From Polyangiaceae bacterium (GTDB lineage Bacteria; Myxococcota_A; Polyangia; Polyangiales; Polyangiaceae), in assembly GCA_016712345.1 (NCBI GenBank), contig JADJRH010000002.1, forward strand, positions 136,466 to 200,465: a stretch of DNA of 64,000 bases. Direction: 5' to 3'. This document shows positions 20,867 to 30,426 of the stretch, piece after piece. How positions within the stretch are numbered: the first letter of the stretch is position 1; each line of letters starts with the position of its first letter. Made by a program: the position numbers and the translations under genes. The notes under the pieces were generated by a model, which saw nothing but the letters and a program-made list of their open reading frames with translations, had not been told where the DNA came from and searched no databases.

Positions 20867-20974
20867 ATGGCCAAGGGTCAGGAAAAACCTGCAAAGAGCA
20901 ACAAGCCCAAACTCAGCACCAAAGAGAAACAGGCTAAGAAAAAAGAAAAACAAGCCAAAAAAGACGGCAAGTAG
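20867..20974 (+). CDS. Small lysine-rich ORF (35 aa, MAKGQEKPAKSNKPKLSTKEKQAKKKEKQAKKDGK) that is absent from the ORF track because it falls below the size cutoff
   Basis: Strong Shine-Dalgarno AAGGAGG 6 nt upstream of the ATG. It sits in a 300-bp gap between rph and the subtilase gene. Composition is highly basic. Confidence 0.4.
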   Translation: MAKGQEKPAKSNKPKLSTKEKQAKKKEKQAKKDGK

Positions 20975-21069
20975 CCTTTGCCAACAATGTGGGCCGGCCG
21001 CCGCCAAGTGTACACAATGTTTGGCGAGCGGCCCCCCGAGGCAACTTGGCCTTGAAACGTGTGGGGGGA

Positions 21070-22200
21070 TTATTTAGCGGCTTTGGCCGCTGTTTTTGTT
21101 TTTTGAATGCGCTTCTGCGCCCATTCAACCGCGTCGCGCGGGCGCACAACACCGGCACCTTGAAGGCTCTTGTCCACCTTGGGCAATGTTCGAGCGGTGC
21201 TGCACAAGCCTTCTCGAACTTCAGCCGGCGTGAGCGTTGGGTCAACTTCCAACATTTGCGCTGCGACCGATGCCGTGATCGGCGCCGCAAACGACGTTCC
21301 GTCAACGTGTTGATAATCGGGAGAGATGTATTTGCACCGCGCAATGCGCGCCGAAACAGCCTCCATTAACGCGTTGACACTGGCCCGCTCCTCGGGAGTG
21401 GCAATTTGCCGAGTTTCTGAAAACCCGTAGTCTGTAGAAAGCTCCTCCAGCACACTCAGCAGTTGAAACAGCGGAGCCGCTTCACGCGCCGTCAGCGTTC
21501 CAGGCAACATCGGCGCGGGAACCCAGATCGCCGGAGCAATTAGGTCGGGCTTCATCACTCCGGGTTTGGGCGACCCATGACTTGAAGGCCAAAGAGTATC
21601 GTCTTCTGTCCCAGGAGAGTTGTTGTCATTGCCGCCGCCCACCGTAATAGCGCTCTTGGCGGCCCCGGGGCCTGAAGGTGGTCTACCCGGTATATTCCCC
21701 GCCGCCGCCACAACGGTAATGCCCGCCGCCACCACTTCTTCAACAGCGGCGTCCACGTCGGCAATATCAGGATCTCCCGGTGAGACCCCAAGTGATACAT
21801 TGAGTATTCTGATATTCAGGTGTGGATATCGCAGCGGAAACCGAATGGCGTGTGCCACGTTTTTTCCGAGGATCTGCCCATCTTCAACACCCGCTTTGAT
21901 GAGTACAACCTCGGCTTCACTCGCCAGGCCGCGGTACCTTCCACCCGAAAGCCAGCCGTTTCCAGCCGCGCAACAAGCGGTCATGGTGCCATGCCAACTC
22001 CACATTTGAGGGCTGAAAAAATCGGCCGCCGCCGGCTGATCGCGTGTCGCATCGGCGTAGGCTTTAATTCGCCTGCGGGGACGCACCAAGTCCGCATGCG
22101 GAAAAAAGCCGCTATCGACAAACCCCATGCAAACGCCTCGTCCCGTGTGTTTGAACGAAGCTTCGAGTCGCTCAAAGAGCGAATAAACAAGCGGTCTCAC
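21070..22200 (-). CDS. Subtilisin-like serine peptidase (S8 family) without a signal peptide or propeptide
   Basis: Catalytic triad contexts VDSGF (Asp), HGTMTA (His) and GTSFAAP (Ser). The protein starts directly before the catalytic Asp region. Confidence 0.85.
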   Translation of the reverse strand: MRPLVYSLFERLEASFKHTGRGVCMGFVDSGFFPHADLVRPRRRIKAYADATRDQPAAADFFSPQMWSWHGTMTACCAAGNGWLSGGRYRGLASEAEVVLIKAGVEDGQILGKNVAHAIRFPLRYPHLNIRILNVSLGVSPGDPDIADVDAAVEEVVAAGITVVAAAGNIPGRPPSGPGAAKSAITVGGGNDNNSPGTEDDTLWPSSHGSPKPGVMKPDLIAPAIWVPAPMLPGTLTAREAAPLFQLLSVLEELSTDYGFSETRQIATPEERASVNALMEAVSARIARCKYISPDYQHVDGTSFAAPITASVAAQMLEVDPTLTPAEVREGLCSTARTLPKVDKSLQGAGVVRPRDAVEWAQKRIQKTKTAAKAAK

Positions 22201-22508
22201 TCAGCACTGTCCTCTGAGTCGCGCCACTCCACATCCATCCCGTCACCCTCTTGTTCGCTCACCGTGGGTTCAGGCGTGGCAGGGTCACGGTAGGCTGAAC
22301 GAAGATCTGTCAACCCGTGCCGCAGCGCTTTGACAAGCTGCAAATCGGCGCCGTTTTCTTCCATGTGGGCGACCATTGTTTCATCAATGTAATAGTCGCG
22401 ATCTTGAGTGCTCTCTTCTTCTAGAAACTTGCGCAGATCTTCAAACTGCTTGTCGCTCATGCGCAAGATCAACTTGCCGGAGCCCTTGTGATGAAGCGTT
22501 TTCGCCAT
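22197..22508 (-). CDS. Small acidic protein translationally coupled to the subtilase (possible trans-acting propeptide/inhibitor)
   Basis: 103 aa with a 4-nt overlap with the subtilase start. The C-terminus is acidic (EQEGDGMDVEWRDSEDSAE). No known motif was found. Confidence 0.45.
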   Translation of the reverse strand: MAKTLHHKGSGKLILRMSDKQFEDLRKFLEEESTQDRDYYIDETMVAHMEENGADLQLVKALRHGLTDLRSAYRDPATPEPTVSEQEGDGMDVEWRDSEDSAE

Positions 22509-22611
22509 GGGTTGGGCACCCTACCATGAACCGAGTGGCATGTGAATTCGCAATTTTAACGCTGAAGCATCCGACGGGTGGCAACGACCTGACACGTCTT
22601 GATGATTGGGA

Positions 22612-22784
22612 CGTGTCTATTTTACCACGGAGCTTGGGGAGAGCACGGTAGATTCACAGAGGATTTGGTTTATTGGGCTGCCATGGGTACACATCATCCA
22701 AGATTCCAAACCTGACAGGTGAAACACGACGCCGTGCGAGCCTATTGCAGCCAAAATACAAAAAAACTCCGTGGATCTCCGTGT
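22612..22784 (+). mobile_element. MITE-like element copy B with CACGGAG-repeat terminal inverted repeats
   Basis: Left end tttaccacggag, right end aaaaaaactccgtggatctccgtg. The internal sequence is about 75% identical to copy C at 41735-41895 (shared gggcYgcMatgggtacaca...cctgac...acgccgtgcRagcc). Confidence 0.6.
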
Positions 22785-22834
22785 TCTCCTAGGTAACTTC
22801 CCTTTAGCGGAACGTTCTGCAAGGCACGGATCCA

Positions 22835-22872
22835 GTCTTGTCGAGACGTTTGGGACACCCTTGCCCGTCGCC
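22835..22872 (+). repeat. Conserved ~38-nt motif (GTCTTGTCG..AGACG..GGACACCCTTGCCCGTC.CC), copy 1
   Basis: Near-identical core to 26609-26648. It contains a small hairpin (gtct...agac). Confidence 0.45.
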
Positions 22873-23127
22873 AAGCGGAAAAGCGAACAGCGTGGCGCGT
22901 CGGGTTCTCCAGATGGAGTTCTGTGGCGAGCGCAGCCACGACGAAAACGAGAGACCGGCGAGACCGGTGGATGGCGACGTGATGGACATCTCAAGTCGCC
23001 GGACGTCCCAGAACGGGCTCTTTTCTGCTGCATCGACAACTCAACCGCAACGAGTTACTCGCCGTTCGAATGAGGCGCATGCGCCGCTGGGGAACTCCGT
23101 GTTGAATACGATGTGTTAGGTGGCAGG

Positions 23128-23187
23128 GCGTGTCAGGTCGTTGCGAGGCGCGTCAGGTCGTTGCCGGGCGATCAGGGCGTCGTGAGG
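23128..23187 (+). repeat. About 2.5 tandem copies of a 20-bp repeat (GCGYGTCAGGTCGTTGCSRG) at the 3' end of the 760-aa protein gene
   Basis: Direct repeats read from the sequence. The last copy is degenerate and overlaps the stop codon. Confidence 0.5.
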
Positions 23188-25454
23188 TGAACCATTTCAA
23201 TCAATCGTTGTGTGCCGCGCTCCAACCCTTCTGCCGGCCAGGTTCCACGGATGACAACCACCCCATTCGCCGATTCTACCTTGGCGGACGAAAGCGCCGC
23301 TTTTTCTCCGATTTGATCGGGCAATGCCAACAGGGTGAGTTTTACAAGTGAGAACATTTGCTCGATGTCTTTGGCCAGAGCGTCGGCGTTTTCACCCGAT
23401 TTGGGATCGATCTCCATTGTCAAAGCCGGGTCACCCGTCAGGTCTAAACTTCCATGCAAATGGCCAATTCTTCGCAACGTTCCACCCGGGTCGAGCGCAG
23501 CGGTGTTTCGCGACAACTCTTCCCATGCTTCTTTGCTCACAAAAAAGGCGATCGCTCCTGTTTTTGGCAATTCTACCCGTTTGTTTTCTTCAGAAGCGGG
23601 CAGCGCCGAGTTTACAATCTCCACCTCGGTACCCACCAAAATGGTACCGTCGTCTGCCTGACCCACGGTCACCCCGCCCGGACCGACAAGCAGCTCACCC
23701 GACTTTTTCCAATCGGTATACCCTTCTTCGCGCATCACTTTTTCAAGCCCGTCCACCACCTTCCCAGGCTTAAAATTCCCACCGATAATCGCTACCCAAC
23801 TGCGCGAGTCAACCGATGCAACAATCACTTCTCGCACGTCGACTGTTGGGGAGATTCCTGTCACGTCGGCAATTCGATCTGCCAATGTTTGACCGGTTGA
23901 TTTTTTGCTCTTCCGTTCAAACAGAGCCGGCCAAACGTGTTTTTTGATGGGTGGAAAAGAAGCGATCGCCCTCAAATCCCCGCGAACCGCCACGTTGGAA
24001 GCGCCCGGAATGTGCCTGTCGGCCACCGGAGTATACCTGAAAAACAGAAAATACGCCGCTGTCACTCCCACAATGGCAATGACGCCCACCACGGCAAACA
24101 GCACCGCAATCACTGTTTTTGCGCGTGATTTTGTGCCATAATGGGTAGATTCACTGGGTAGATTTCCAGTTGTTTGACCGCCTGTCATCTCCCCATTTCC
24201 CAGACCTGGGGCTTTGTCACCCGAAGGGTTGTTTCCCACCGTCAAGGCACCCTGTCCAAGCGCCTCGGGCGCCTTGAGCGCTTGGGTAGACGGCATGGTG
24301 GAGTCGAGCGGATTGGGTACACTTGTCTGACCCGGCGGTCGGTACGTTCCCGAACCTTCCCTCGCGGGCGCCTCGTGGATCGCCACGTTTGGAGCATGGG
24401 TAGGCGCAACGCCGACAAGCGTTTTTGCGCCTGCCATCGGTCGGATGGGTGCCGGAGAAGGCGCATGTTCCACAAGCACCGGGGCGGCAACCGGAGCCAC
24501 ATTTTCAGGTTGGGGAGGTGCGCCTTGCAGCAGGGAAGAATCGGTCACCGGCGCGGGAGCCACAATCGCTTCACGCGCCGGAACCGGATGAGGCCCCGAC
24601 TCTACAGGTACCATGGAAGGATCGGTACCCGGTGCGGGCGCCGCATTGGATGGTACGATCGGTCGAGGTCGCACGTCGGGCATTTTTGGAAGTTGAGCCA
24701 AAAACCCGCCTCCCGCGGGGCGAGCAGGGTAGGCCATGGGAGGTGGCGCCCCTGCGTTTGCAGGTGCGGGCGCACCACCCGCCGATGGAAGGTTTGCCCC
24801 CGTGAAGGGAAGGTTGGCGCCCGGAGGTGGCATGTTCGCGCCGGTAAAGGGAAGGGCGGCACCGGTCGATGGAAGGTTGGCGCCCGCTGTCACCTGCTTC
24901 GCCGATTCAAGCGTGGAAACCATTTCTTTGGAAACTTCAACTCGCTGGCCCACAGGCCCCGTTACCGGAGCGGTTGACTGCGGCGGAGGCGTTGGTGCCG
25001 CAGCGCCCGCAAGGAGCGGTGTTCGCTGTGGAGTGACCGCCTCCGAAGAAATGGGAAAGGCGGGAGTTGGAGTGGCCGGCGTGAGCGCTTGTGACGGTGA
25101 GGGCGGTTGGAGCGCGATAGGGCTCGGCGCGATTGGCGGAGTGAGCACCTCTGAATTTGGACCGGGCGGTGCGAATGCCGTTGCAGCGCCGGGGCGCGCA
25201 GCCTGTCCGGCGTAGAGCGGACCCAGGGCCGGCGTTGGAATGCGCGCGGGAGGCGCATCGGCCATTGTCGGCGAGGGGCGGGCCGGCGCGGCAGGCGCAT
25301 CCACCAACGTGGGCGACGCTCCGCGCCGCCCCCCCGGAACGTCATCCACCGTGAGGCGCCCGACGAGAAGCGGATCGTCAAGCGTGGGCCGATCGCCCAC
25401 GGGAGGTTCACTGAGCGTCGGCGGGACAGGCTCGTCGGCGAGGGTATTGCCCAT
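23172..25454 (-). CDS. Pro-rich membrane protein: about 500-aa N-terminal low-complexity region with (G)ANLP(F/S)TG repeats, one TM helix, and a ~230-aa C-terminal extracytoplasmic domain
   Basis: TM segment TVIAVLFAVVGVIAIVGVTAAYFLFF. Repeats GANLPSTGAALPFTGANMPPPGANLPFTGANLPSAGG. No catalytic motifs. Confidence 0.6.
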   Translation of the reverse strand: MGNTLADEPVPPTLSEPPVGDRPTLDDPLLVGRLTVDDVPGGRRGASPTLVDAPAAPARPSPTMADAPPARIPTPALGPLYAGQAARPGAATAFAPPGPNSEVLTPPIAPSPIALQPPSPSQALTPATPTPAFPISSEAVTPQRTPLLAGAAAPTPPPQSTAPVTGPVGQRVEVSKEMVSTLESAKQVTAGANLPSTGAALPFTGANMPPPGANLPFTGANLPSAGGAPAPANAGAPPPMAYPARPAGGGFLAQLPKMPDVRPRPIVPSNAAPAPGTDPSMVPVESGPHPVPAREAIVAPAPVTDSSLLQGAPPQPENVAPVAAPVLVEHAPSPAPIRPMAGAKTLVGVAPTHAPNVAIHEAPAREGSGTYRPPGQTSVPNPLDSTMPSTQALKAPEALGQGALTVGNNPSGDKAPGLGNGEMTGGQTTGNLPSESTHYGTKSRAKTVIAVLFAVVGVIAIVGVTAAYFLFFRYTPVADRHIPGASNVAVRGDLRAIASFPPIKKHVWPALFERKSKKSTGQTLADRIADVTGISPTVDVREVIVASVDSRSWVAIIGGNFKPGKVVDGLEKVMREEGYTDWKKSGELLVGPGGVTVGQADDGTILVGTEVEIVNSALPASEENKRVELPKTGAIAFFVSKEAWEELSRNTAALDPGGTLRRIGHLHGSLDLTGDPALTMEIDPKSGENADALAKDIEQMFSLVKLTLLALPDQIGEKAALSSAKVESANGVVVIRGTWPAEGLERGTQRLIEMVHLTTP

Positions 25455-25540
25455 TCGCTACCGCTACCACAGCCCGGAGGCTGTGTCCCCGCGATGCTTG
25501 TGCTTTGCTCCGAGATCGTCTTTTCTCCACGTCCAAGCGA

Positions 25541-26584
25541 ATGCGTTACGGAATAAAACCCACAGCCCTTGTTGAACACCTGGCGCTTTTCACCGACCAG
25601 GTGCCGGTGCCGATGGTCGATACGCTGTTTGCCATGTTGCAAGCCCGCAGCATCATGGCTGCGGTTAAACTGCGTGTATTCGAAGCGATGCAAGGCCCGG
25701 GTGTACACACCGTTCAGAGTGTCGCAGCCCAGTTGAGTCTCGACGCCCCTTCGCTTGAACTATTGATGCGCGTGTTGGCCGCCGCCGGGTATGTCGCGTC
25801 AAAAGGGGAAGGTTATGTACTTACCCACCTATCTCGAAAATGGCTGTTATCAGGGTCAAAAACGGATGTGAGTGCCACCGTCAAGCTCTGTTACGAAGAA
25901 ATCAACATGCTGGGCAACCTGGAAACGTTGATCCAAACAGGTAAAGGGATCGACTTTCATGGAAGCATTGTCGACTCCGAGGTATGGAAAACCTACCAAC
26001 AGAGCATGTTTGAAATCGCCCGCGGAGCGGCGCCGTTTTTAACTCGCCTATTACCTGTTCCGCCGGGCGCCCGCACTCTGCTCGACATCGCCGGCAGTCA
26101 TGGGTATTTGGGGGCTGCGATTTGTCGAAAACATCCATCGCTGCGTTCAACGGTCATTGATCTACCCAGCGCGTTGCCCCACGCGCGGGCGCTCGCGGTT
26201 CAAGCGGGTATTACAGATCTGGTGGACCACCGTGAAGGCAATCTGCTCGAAGGGATTTTTCCCGGTCCAAACGATGTGGTGCTTCTCGCCAACATTGTTC
26301 ACCACTTTGGGGAAAGTCAGATTATCGAAATTCTGACAAGGGCGCTCCGAGCGGTTCGAAAAGGCGGTGTATTGGCAATTTGGGACGCAAAGCGCCAATT
26401 ATCGTCGTCACCCGATTTGGGCGCCGACGGATTGGCCCTTTGGTTTCGCCTGACAAGTGAGAGTCGCATTTACGAAGAAGCCGATTATGTGCGTTTTATG
26501 CGCGCGGCGGGAGCACGTGATGTCCAGATGAAAAAGCACCTTCTCGCGCCGCTCATGGTGCTTGTTCATGGGACTCAGGGGTGA
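25541..26584 (+). CDS. Class I SAM-dependent O-methyltransferase (Methyltransf_2 type with an N-terminal dimerisation domain)
   Basis: LLDIAGSHGYLGAAI (SAM motif I) and VIDLP, with the overall layout of plant/bacterial small-molecule OMTs. Start chosen at MRYGIKP. Confidence 0.8.
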   Translation: MRYGIKPTALVEHLALFTDQVPVPMVDTLFAMLQARSIMAAVKLRVFEAMQGPGVHTVQSVAAQLSLDAPSLELLMRVLAAAGYVASKGEGYVLTHLSRKWLLSGSKTDVSATVKLCYEEINMLGNLETLIQTGKGIDFHGSIVDSEVWKTYQQSMFEIARGAAPFLTRLLPVPPGARTLLDIAGSHGYLGAAICRKHPSLRSTVIDLPSALPHARALAVQAGITDLVDHREGNLLEGIFPGPNDVVLLANIVHHFGESQIIEILTRALRAVRKGGVLAIWDAKRQLSSSPDLGADGLALWFRLTSESRIYEEADYVRFMRAAGARDVQMKKHLLAPLMVLVHGTQG

Positions 26585-26608
26585 GCGTTTTGTGAACGGC
26601 GTGTTCGG

Positions 26609-26648
26609 GTCTTGTCGTTAGACGCAGGACACCCTTGCCCGTCCCCGG
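26609..26648 (+). repeat. Conserved ~40-nt motif, copy 2 (see 22835-22872), in the leader of the 26695 gene
   Basis: gtcttgtcgttagacgcaggacacccttgcccgtcccc versus gtcttgtcgagacgtttgggacacccttgcccgtcgcc. Confidence 0.45.
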
Positions 26649-26694
26649 ACGGTCCGGCGCGACCGTCTGACGAAAACCTGTTAGCGTCGCCTCG

Positions 26695-27405
26695 GTGAAC
26701 CACCCGCTCCGACGTTGGAATGCGGCACTTCTGCCGATCGCACTTGTTCTCTTGGGCGCTCAATCCGCTCTTGCGGACGAGCCTCCGCCCGCCGCCGCGT
26801 CCAGTCTACCCGTCGCCGCATCCACACCACCCGCTGTTGAAAACAAAACCGCTGACGGGAAGGTATTGGACAACGGTCAAAAAACGCCCGACCCAGCCGA
26901 AGTGGAGCGCCAAAAACTCCGCTTTGTGGTGGGAGTTGGGATTTTGGGTACACTCGGCGTTTCACCCAATGTGGGGTTTGGCCTTCTTGCCCACGCTGAA
27001 GTCCGGCGTTCAATATGGTCTGTAGGCCTTGAAGGGCGTTTGGATGTACCCATTCCCGCGCCGCTTGACGGTGGAGGCAACCTCGTTACAACCCTTGTGA
27101 CGGGCCGAGTGACTCCATGTCTCCACATGAGTGTGCTTTTTGGCTGCGCCGTTGTTTCAGTCGGGGCGCTTTTTGGTTCCACAGACGGTGTTGCCAATCC
27201 GGCCAAACAAACAACCCCATTTGTATCGGCCGGCCTGAGGTTTGGTGCCAATTGGGCGGTGTTGCCAAAGCTCCACCTTCGCGGTCAATTCGACGCGGAG
27301 GCCACCCTCACGCCAACAACGTTTATGGTGGACAACCTGCCTGTGTGGACAACGTTGCCTTTTAACGGCTCTCTCACTTTTTTGGCGTTGGTTCCTTTTC
27401 CGTGA
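26695..27405 (+). CDS. Secreted hypothetical protein, possibly a small outer-membrane beta-barrel
   Basis: Signal peptide (LLPIALVLLGAQSALA) and alternating hydrophobic beta-strand-like segments. Weak. Confidence 0.45.
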   Translation: MNHPLRRWNAALLPIALVLLGAQSALADEPPPAAASSLPVAASTPPAVENKTADGKVLDNGQKTPDPAEVERQKLRFVVGVGILGTLGVSPNVGFGLLAHAEVRRSIWSVGLEGRLDVPIPAPLDGGGNLVTTLVTGRVTPCLHMSVLFGCAVVSVGALFGSTDGVANPAKQTTPFVSAGLRFGANWAVLPKLHLRGQFDAEATLTPTTFMVDNLPVWTTLPFNGSLTFLALVPFP

Positions 27406-27460
27406 CGCTTTGGCGGGTTGAGTGAGTTGAGTTGAGTGCGGGAGCGATTGGAATCAGGCG

Positions 27461-29539
27461 TTATCCGCACTGCCCATTGGGTAGGCAACGTTCACCCACG
27501 GAGCACGCGGTTCCGTTGCAAGAGCACGTGCCGTTTGCCACTGTGCATGTGAACGTACCCGCGGTGCCGGCGTTGCAATCGGCATCGCCGTCACACCGGC
27601 AGCCGCCTGTATTGCAGACAAATCCGGCGGGACAAGCGTGTCCGCAGGCGCCGCAGTTTTGAGCGTCGGTCTGTAGGCTGAAACAGCCTGTAGGTGTGGC
27701 GCAGCAGGTTTGACCGGCCGCACACGCGGCGCCGCCGGCGCACGAACACAGATTGCCGGCGATGCAGGATTCACCCTGTGCGCACTGCGTGCCGCCGCCG
27801 CAGAAGCAAAGTCCGTTGTTGCAAAACCCCGTTCCGCCGTTGGAGCACTCTTGGGTGCTTGAACACCCGCAGAACTTTTGCGTACCACCTTGGTCACACT
27901 CAAAACCGTTGATTGTGCCGCCGAGCATGTCACAGTTGTTTCCACAACCGCCGCAGTTGGCTTCTGCCGAGGCGTTTTGGTTGGCGTCGAGAGTGGCTGT
28001 TTCACAGCCGTTGTCGTTTTGCGGGGCGGCGGGTTGTGTACAGTTGCCAAACCCCAAGTCACATGTGGAGTCACACAGTCCGGCGGTGCAGTTTCGCGAT
28101 GCAACGTTGTTGCCGGAACACGCGCGCCCGCAGCCGCCGCAGTTGTTGATGTTGGTGGCGGTGTTGGTCTCACACCCGTCGGCGAGATTGCCGTTGCAGT
28201 TGCCAAAGCCGTTGTTGCAAGTCACAGAACACATGCTGTTTGAGCACGTGCCGGTGCCGTTGGCCGCGCCTGCGCAGACGGTTCCGCACATGCCGCAGTT
28301 GTTGGCATTCGTTGTGGTGTTGACTTCACACCCGTCACCCGCCTGGTTGTTGCAGTTGGCAAATCCCATGTTGCAGTTGCCCATGGCGCACATACCCATG
28401 TTGCAACTCGCCGCAGCGTTGGCAAACGAACAGGCTTGTCCGCACATACCGCAGTTGGAAGTGCTTGTTTGAGTGTTGGACTCACAACCGTTTGCAACCA
28501 TGTTGTCGCAATCGTCAAACGGCGCTGTGCAACTCTGAATTAGACACATTCCGGCCATGCAGGCCGCTGTGGCGTTGGCCGGATTGCATGTCTGACCACA
28601 CCCGCCGCAATTTTGAAGGTCTGTACCGGTGTTGGCTTCACACCCGTTATTGAGGTTGTTGTCGCAGTTGCCAAACCCCGCATTGCAGTTGATTGCGCAC
28701 TGGCCGTTATTGCAAACCGTTGTGCCATTGGCCCCGTTGGGACATGCGTTGTCGCAGGCTCCGCACGTTGTTGCGGAGTTGTCGAGGTCGGCTTCACACC
28801 CGTCGGCGGCGTTGTTGTTGCAGTCTTCAAAACCGTTGTCGCAATTGGTGATCACGCACATGCCCATGTTGCACTGGGCGTCGCCGTTGGGAGCGTTGTT
28901 GCAGCTTGTGCCGCACATTCCACAGTTTTGATTGGTGGTGAGGGGCGATTCACAGCCGTTTTGGGGGTTACCGTCGCAATCTCCCATGCCGTCCGGGCAT
29001 TGGGTTGTGCATTGGCCGTTTACGCAACTCTGGTCTGCAAAACACTGGACTCCACAGCCGCCGCAGTTGTTTACGTCGCTCGCGGAATTCACTTCACAGC
29101 CGTTTTCATCGGAGTTGTCGCAGTTTGAAAAACCGCTGTTGCAGGCGCCGATGATACACATTCCTTGTGTACACTCTGGTGTTGCGTCGGCCAAATTGCA
29201 GGCGTTTCCGCAGGCTCCGCATTGAGCAACGGTGTTTGAAATATCCACTTCACACCCGTCGTCGGGTGAGCCGTTGCAGTCGCGGAAGGTGCCATTGCAA
29301 CTGCCCACGGCACACGCCCCTTCTGAACAACCGGGCTGTGCATTGGCCGTGAAACACGGTGCACAAGTGGCATCGCCGCAGCCGAAGGTGGGATCTTCAA
29401 TGGATACACACGCGCCGTCGCAGAACGTTTGCCCTATGGAGCAGGTGTCGAAAACGTCAAAGTCTTGTGTACACCCGGCTCCGAGCAGGTAGGCCACCGC
29501 AAAAGCGAGCAAAAGTACGGAATAATGGCGCGTCTTCAT
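27461..29539 (-). CDS. Secreted/lipoprotein Cys-rich repeat protein (Myxococcus-type cysteine-rich repeat, about 15 tandem units)
   Basis: Repeated C-x3-G-x-C-x(3-6)-C-x2-GF-x-(D/N)-C-(D/N)-x4-(D/N)-GCE units (for example CIIGACNSGFSNCDNSDENGCEVN). N-terminal signal MKTRHYSVLLLAFAVAYLLGAGC. Confidence 0.85.
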   Translation of the reverse strand: MKTRHYSVLLLAFAVAYLLGAGCTQDFDVFDTCSIGQTFCDGACVSIEDPTFGCGDATCAPCFTANAQPGCSEGACAVGSCNGTFRDCNGSPDDGCEVDISNTVAQCGACGNACNLADATPECTQGMCIIGACNSGFSNCDNSDENGCEVNSASDVNNCGGCGVQCFADQSCVNGQCTTQCPDGMGDCDGNPQNGCESPLTTNQNCGMCGTSCNNAPNGDAQCNMGMCVITNCDNGFEDCNNNAADGCEADLDNSATTCGACDNACPNGANGTTVCNNGQCAINCNAGFGNCDNNLNNGCEANTGTDLQNCGGCGQTCNPANATAACMAGMCLIQSCTAPFDDCDNMVANGCESNTQTSTSNCGMCGQACSFANAAASCNMGMCAMGNCNMGFANCNNQAGDGCEVNTTTNANNCGMCGTVCAGAANGTGTCSNSMCSVTCNNGFGNCNGNLADGCETNTATNINNCGGCGRACSGNNVASRNCTAGLCDSTCDLGFGNCTQPAAPQNDNGCETATLDANQNASAEANCGGCGNNCDMLGGTINGFECDQGGTQKFCGCSSTQECSNGGTGFCNNGLCFCGGGTQCAQGESCIAGNLCSCAGGAACAAGQTCCATPTGCFSLQTDAQNCGACGHACPAGFVCNTGGCRCDGDADCNAGTAGTFTCTVANGTCSCNGTACSVGERCLPNGQCG

Positions 29540-29629
29540 GAGTAAGCCTCAAAGGAGTCGGCACAACGTTGAAAGAAGAAAACGGCCCGGCGCTCAGCTC
29601 GGTGTACACGTGGTTGAGATGCTACCGCC

Positions 29630-30322
29630 CTACGGAGCGAGCTTGTAGCCGTACCCGTAAACCGTAAGAATATGTTCGGGTTTATCGGGGGATTTTTCGA
29701 CTTTTTTGCGAAGTTTTACAATGAAGTTGTCAACGGTGCGATTGGAGGGATTGCCATCAATCCCCCAGATTTTTTGCAAAATCTCTTCGCGACTGACCGG
29801 TTGACCAATGCGCTCGTTGAGCAGGCGAAAAAGTTCAACTTCGTAAAACGAAAGTTGGCTTGTTTTGCCACCTCGAGTGAGGGTGTGCGTGGTCAGATTG
29901 ACGGTTGTTTGACCAATGGAGAACGTTTCGGGAGTTGTTTCATTTGGGCGCGCCGCGCGGCGGAAAATGGCTCGAATGCGCGCAATGAGTTCACCCACGC
30001 TGAAGGGTTTGGTCACGTAGTCGTCTGCGCCCGCATCAAGCCCGCGGATTTTATCAACCTCTTGGCTCCGCGCGGTGAGCATTAAGATCGGGACAAACGC
30101 ATCCCACCGGCGCAACTCTTCACACACTTTGAAGCCGTTGGTGTCGGGCAACATTAAGTCGAGAAGAATGGCGTCGGGCTTGTGCAGCTTTGCGAGCACC
30201 ACGCCGTCTTTGCCCTTATTGGCTGAAACAACCGAAAACCCCTCAAATTCAAGAGCATCGGTGAGGCCGAGCACGATGTGCGGCTCGTCCTCGATAATGA
30301 GGATCTGTTTCTTGGCCGTCAC
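29630..30322 (-). CDS. OmpR/PhoB-family two-component response regulator (orphan, GTG start)
   Basis: Receiver motifs ([24 protein letters not shown]...K) plus a C-terminal winged-helix ([15 protein letters not shown]). No adjacent histidine kinase. Confidence 0.85.
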   Translation of the reverse strand: MTAKKQILIIEDEPHIVLGLTDALEFEGFSVVSANKGKDGVVLAKLHKPDAILLDLMLPDTNGFKVCEELRRWDAFVPILMLTARSQEVDKIRGLDAGADDYVTKPFSVGELIARIRAIFRRAARPNETTPETFSIGQTTVNLTTHTLTRGGKTSQLSFYEVELFRLLNERIGQPVSREEILQKIWGIDGNPSNRTVDNFIVKLRKKVEKSPDKPEHILTVYGYGYKLAP

Positions 30323-30426
30323 GCGCCCTTCGTTACACGCATCGCGCCGCGGAGCGAAGAGGCAAACGCGCGTTTCGGTTTTGTGGCAATGCACCACTGT
30401 TGGGGCACCCGAGGTAGGCTCGGCAT

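Noticed and set aside
23700-24300. LPxTG-like repeats (ANLPFTG, ANLPSTG) as sortase sorting signals
   Set aside because: The host is Gram-negative-like and the repeats are internal, tandem and cytoplasmic-side. The resemblance is most likely coincidental low-complexity sequence.
27454-28206. 250-aa minus ORF, and the + strand ORFs 27753-28472 and 28613-29128
   Set aside because: They overlap the cysteine-rich repeat gene in other frames. The Cys-repeat frame has a clear periodic motif and a signal peptide, and the others do not.
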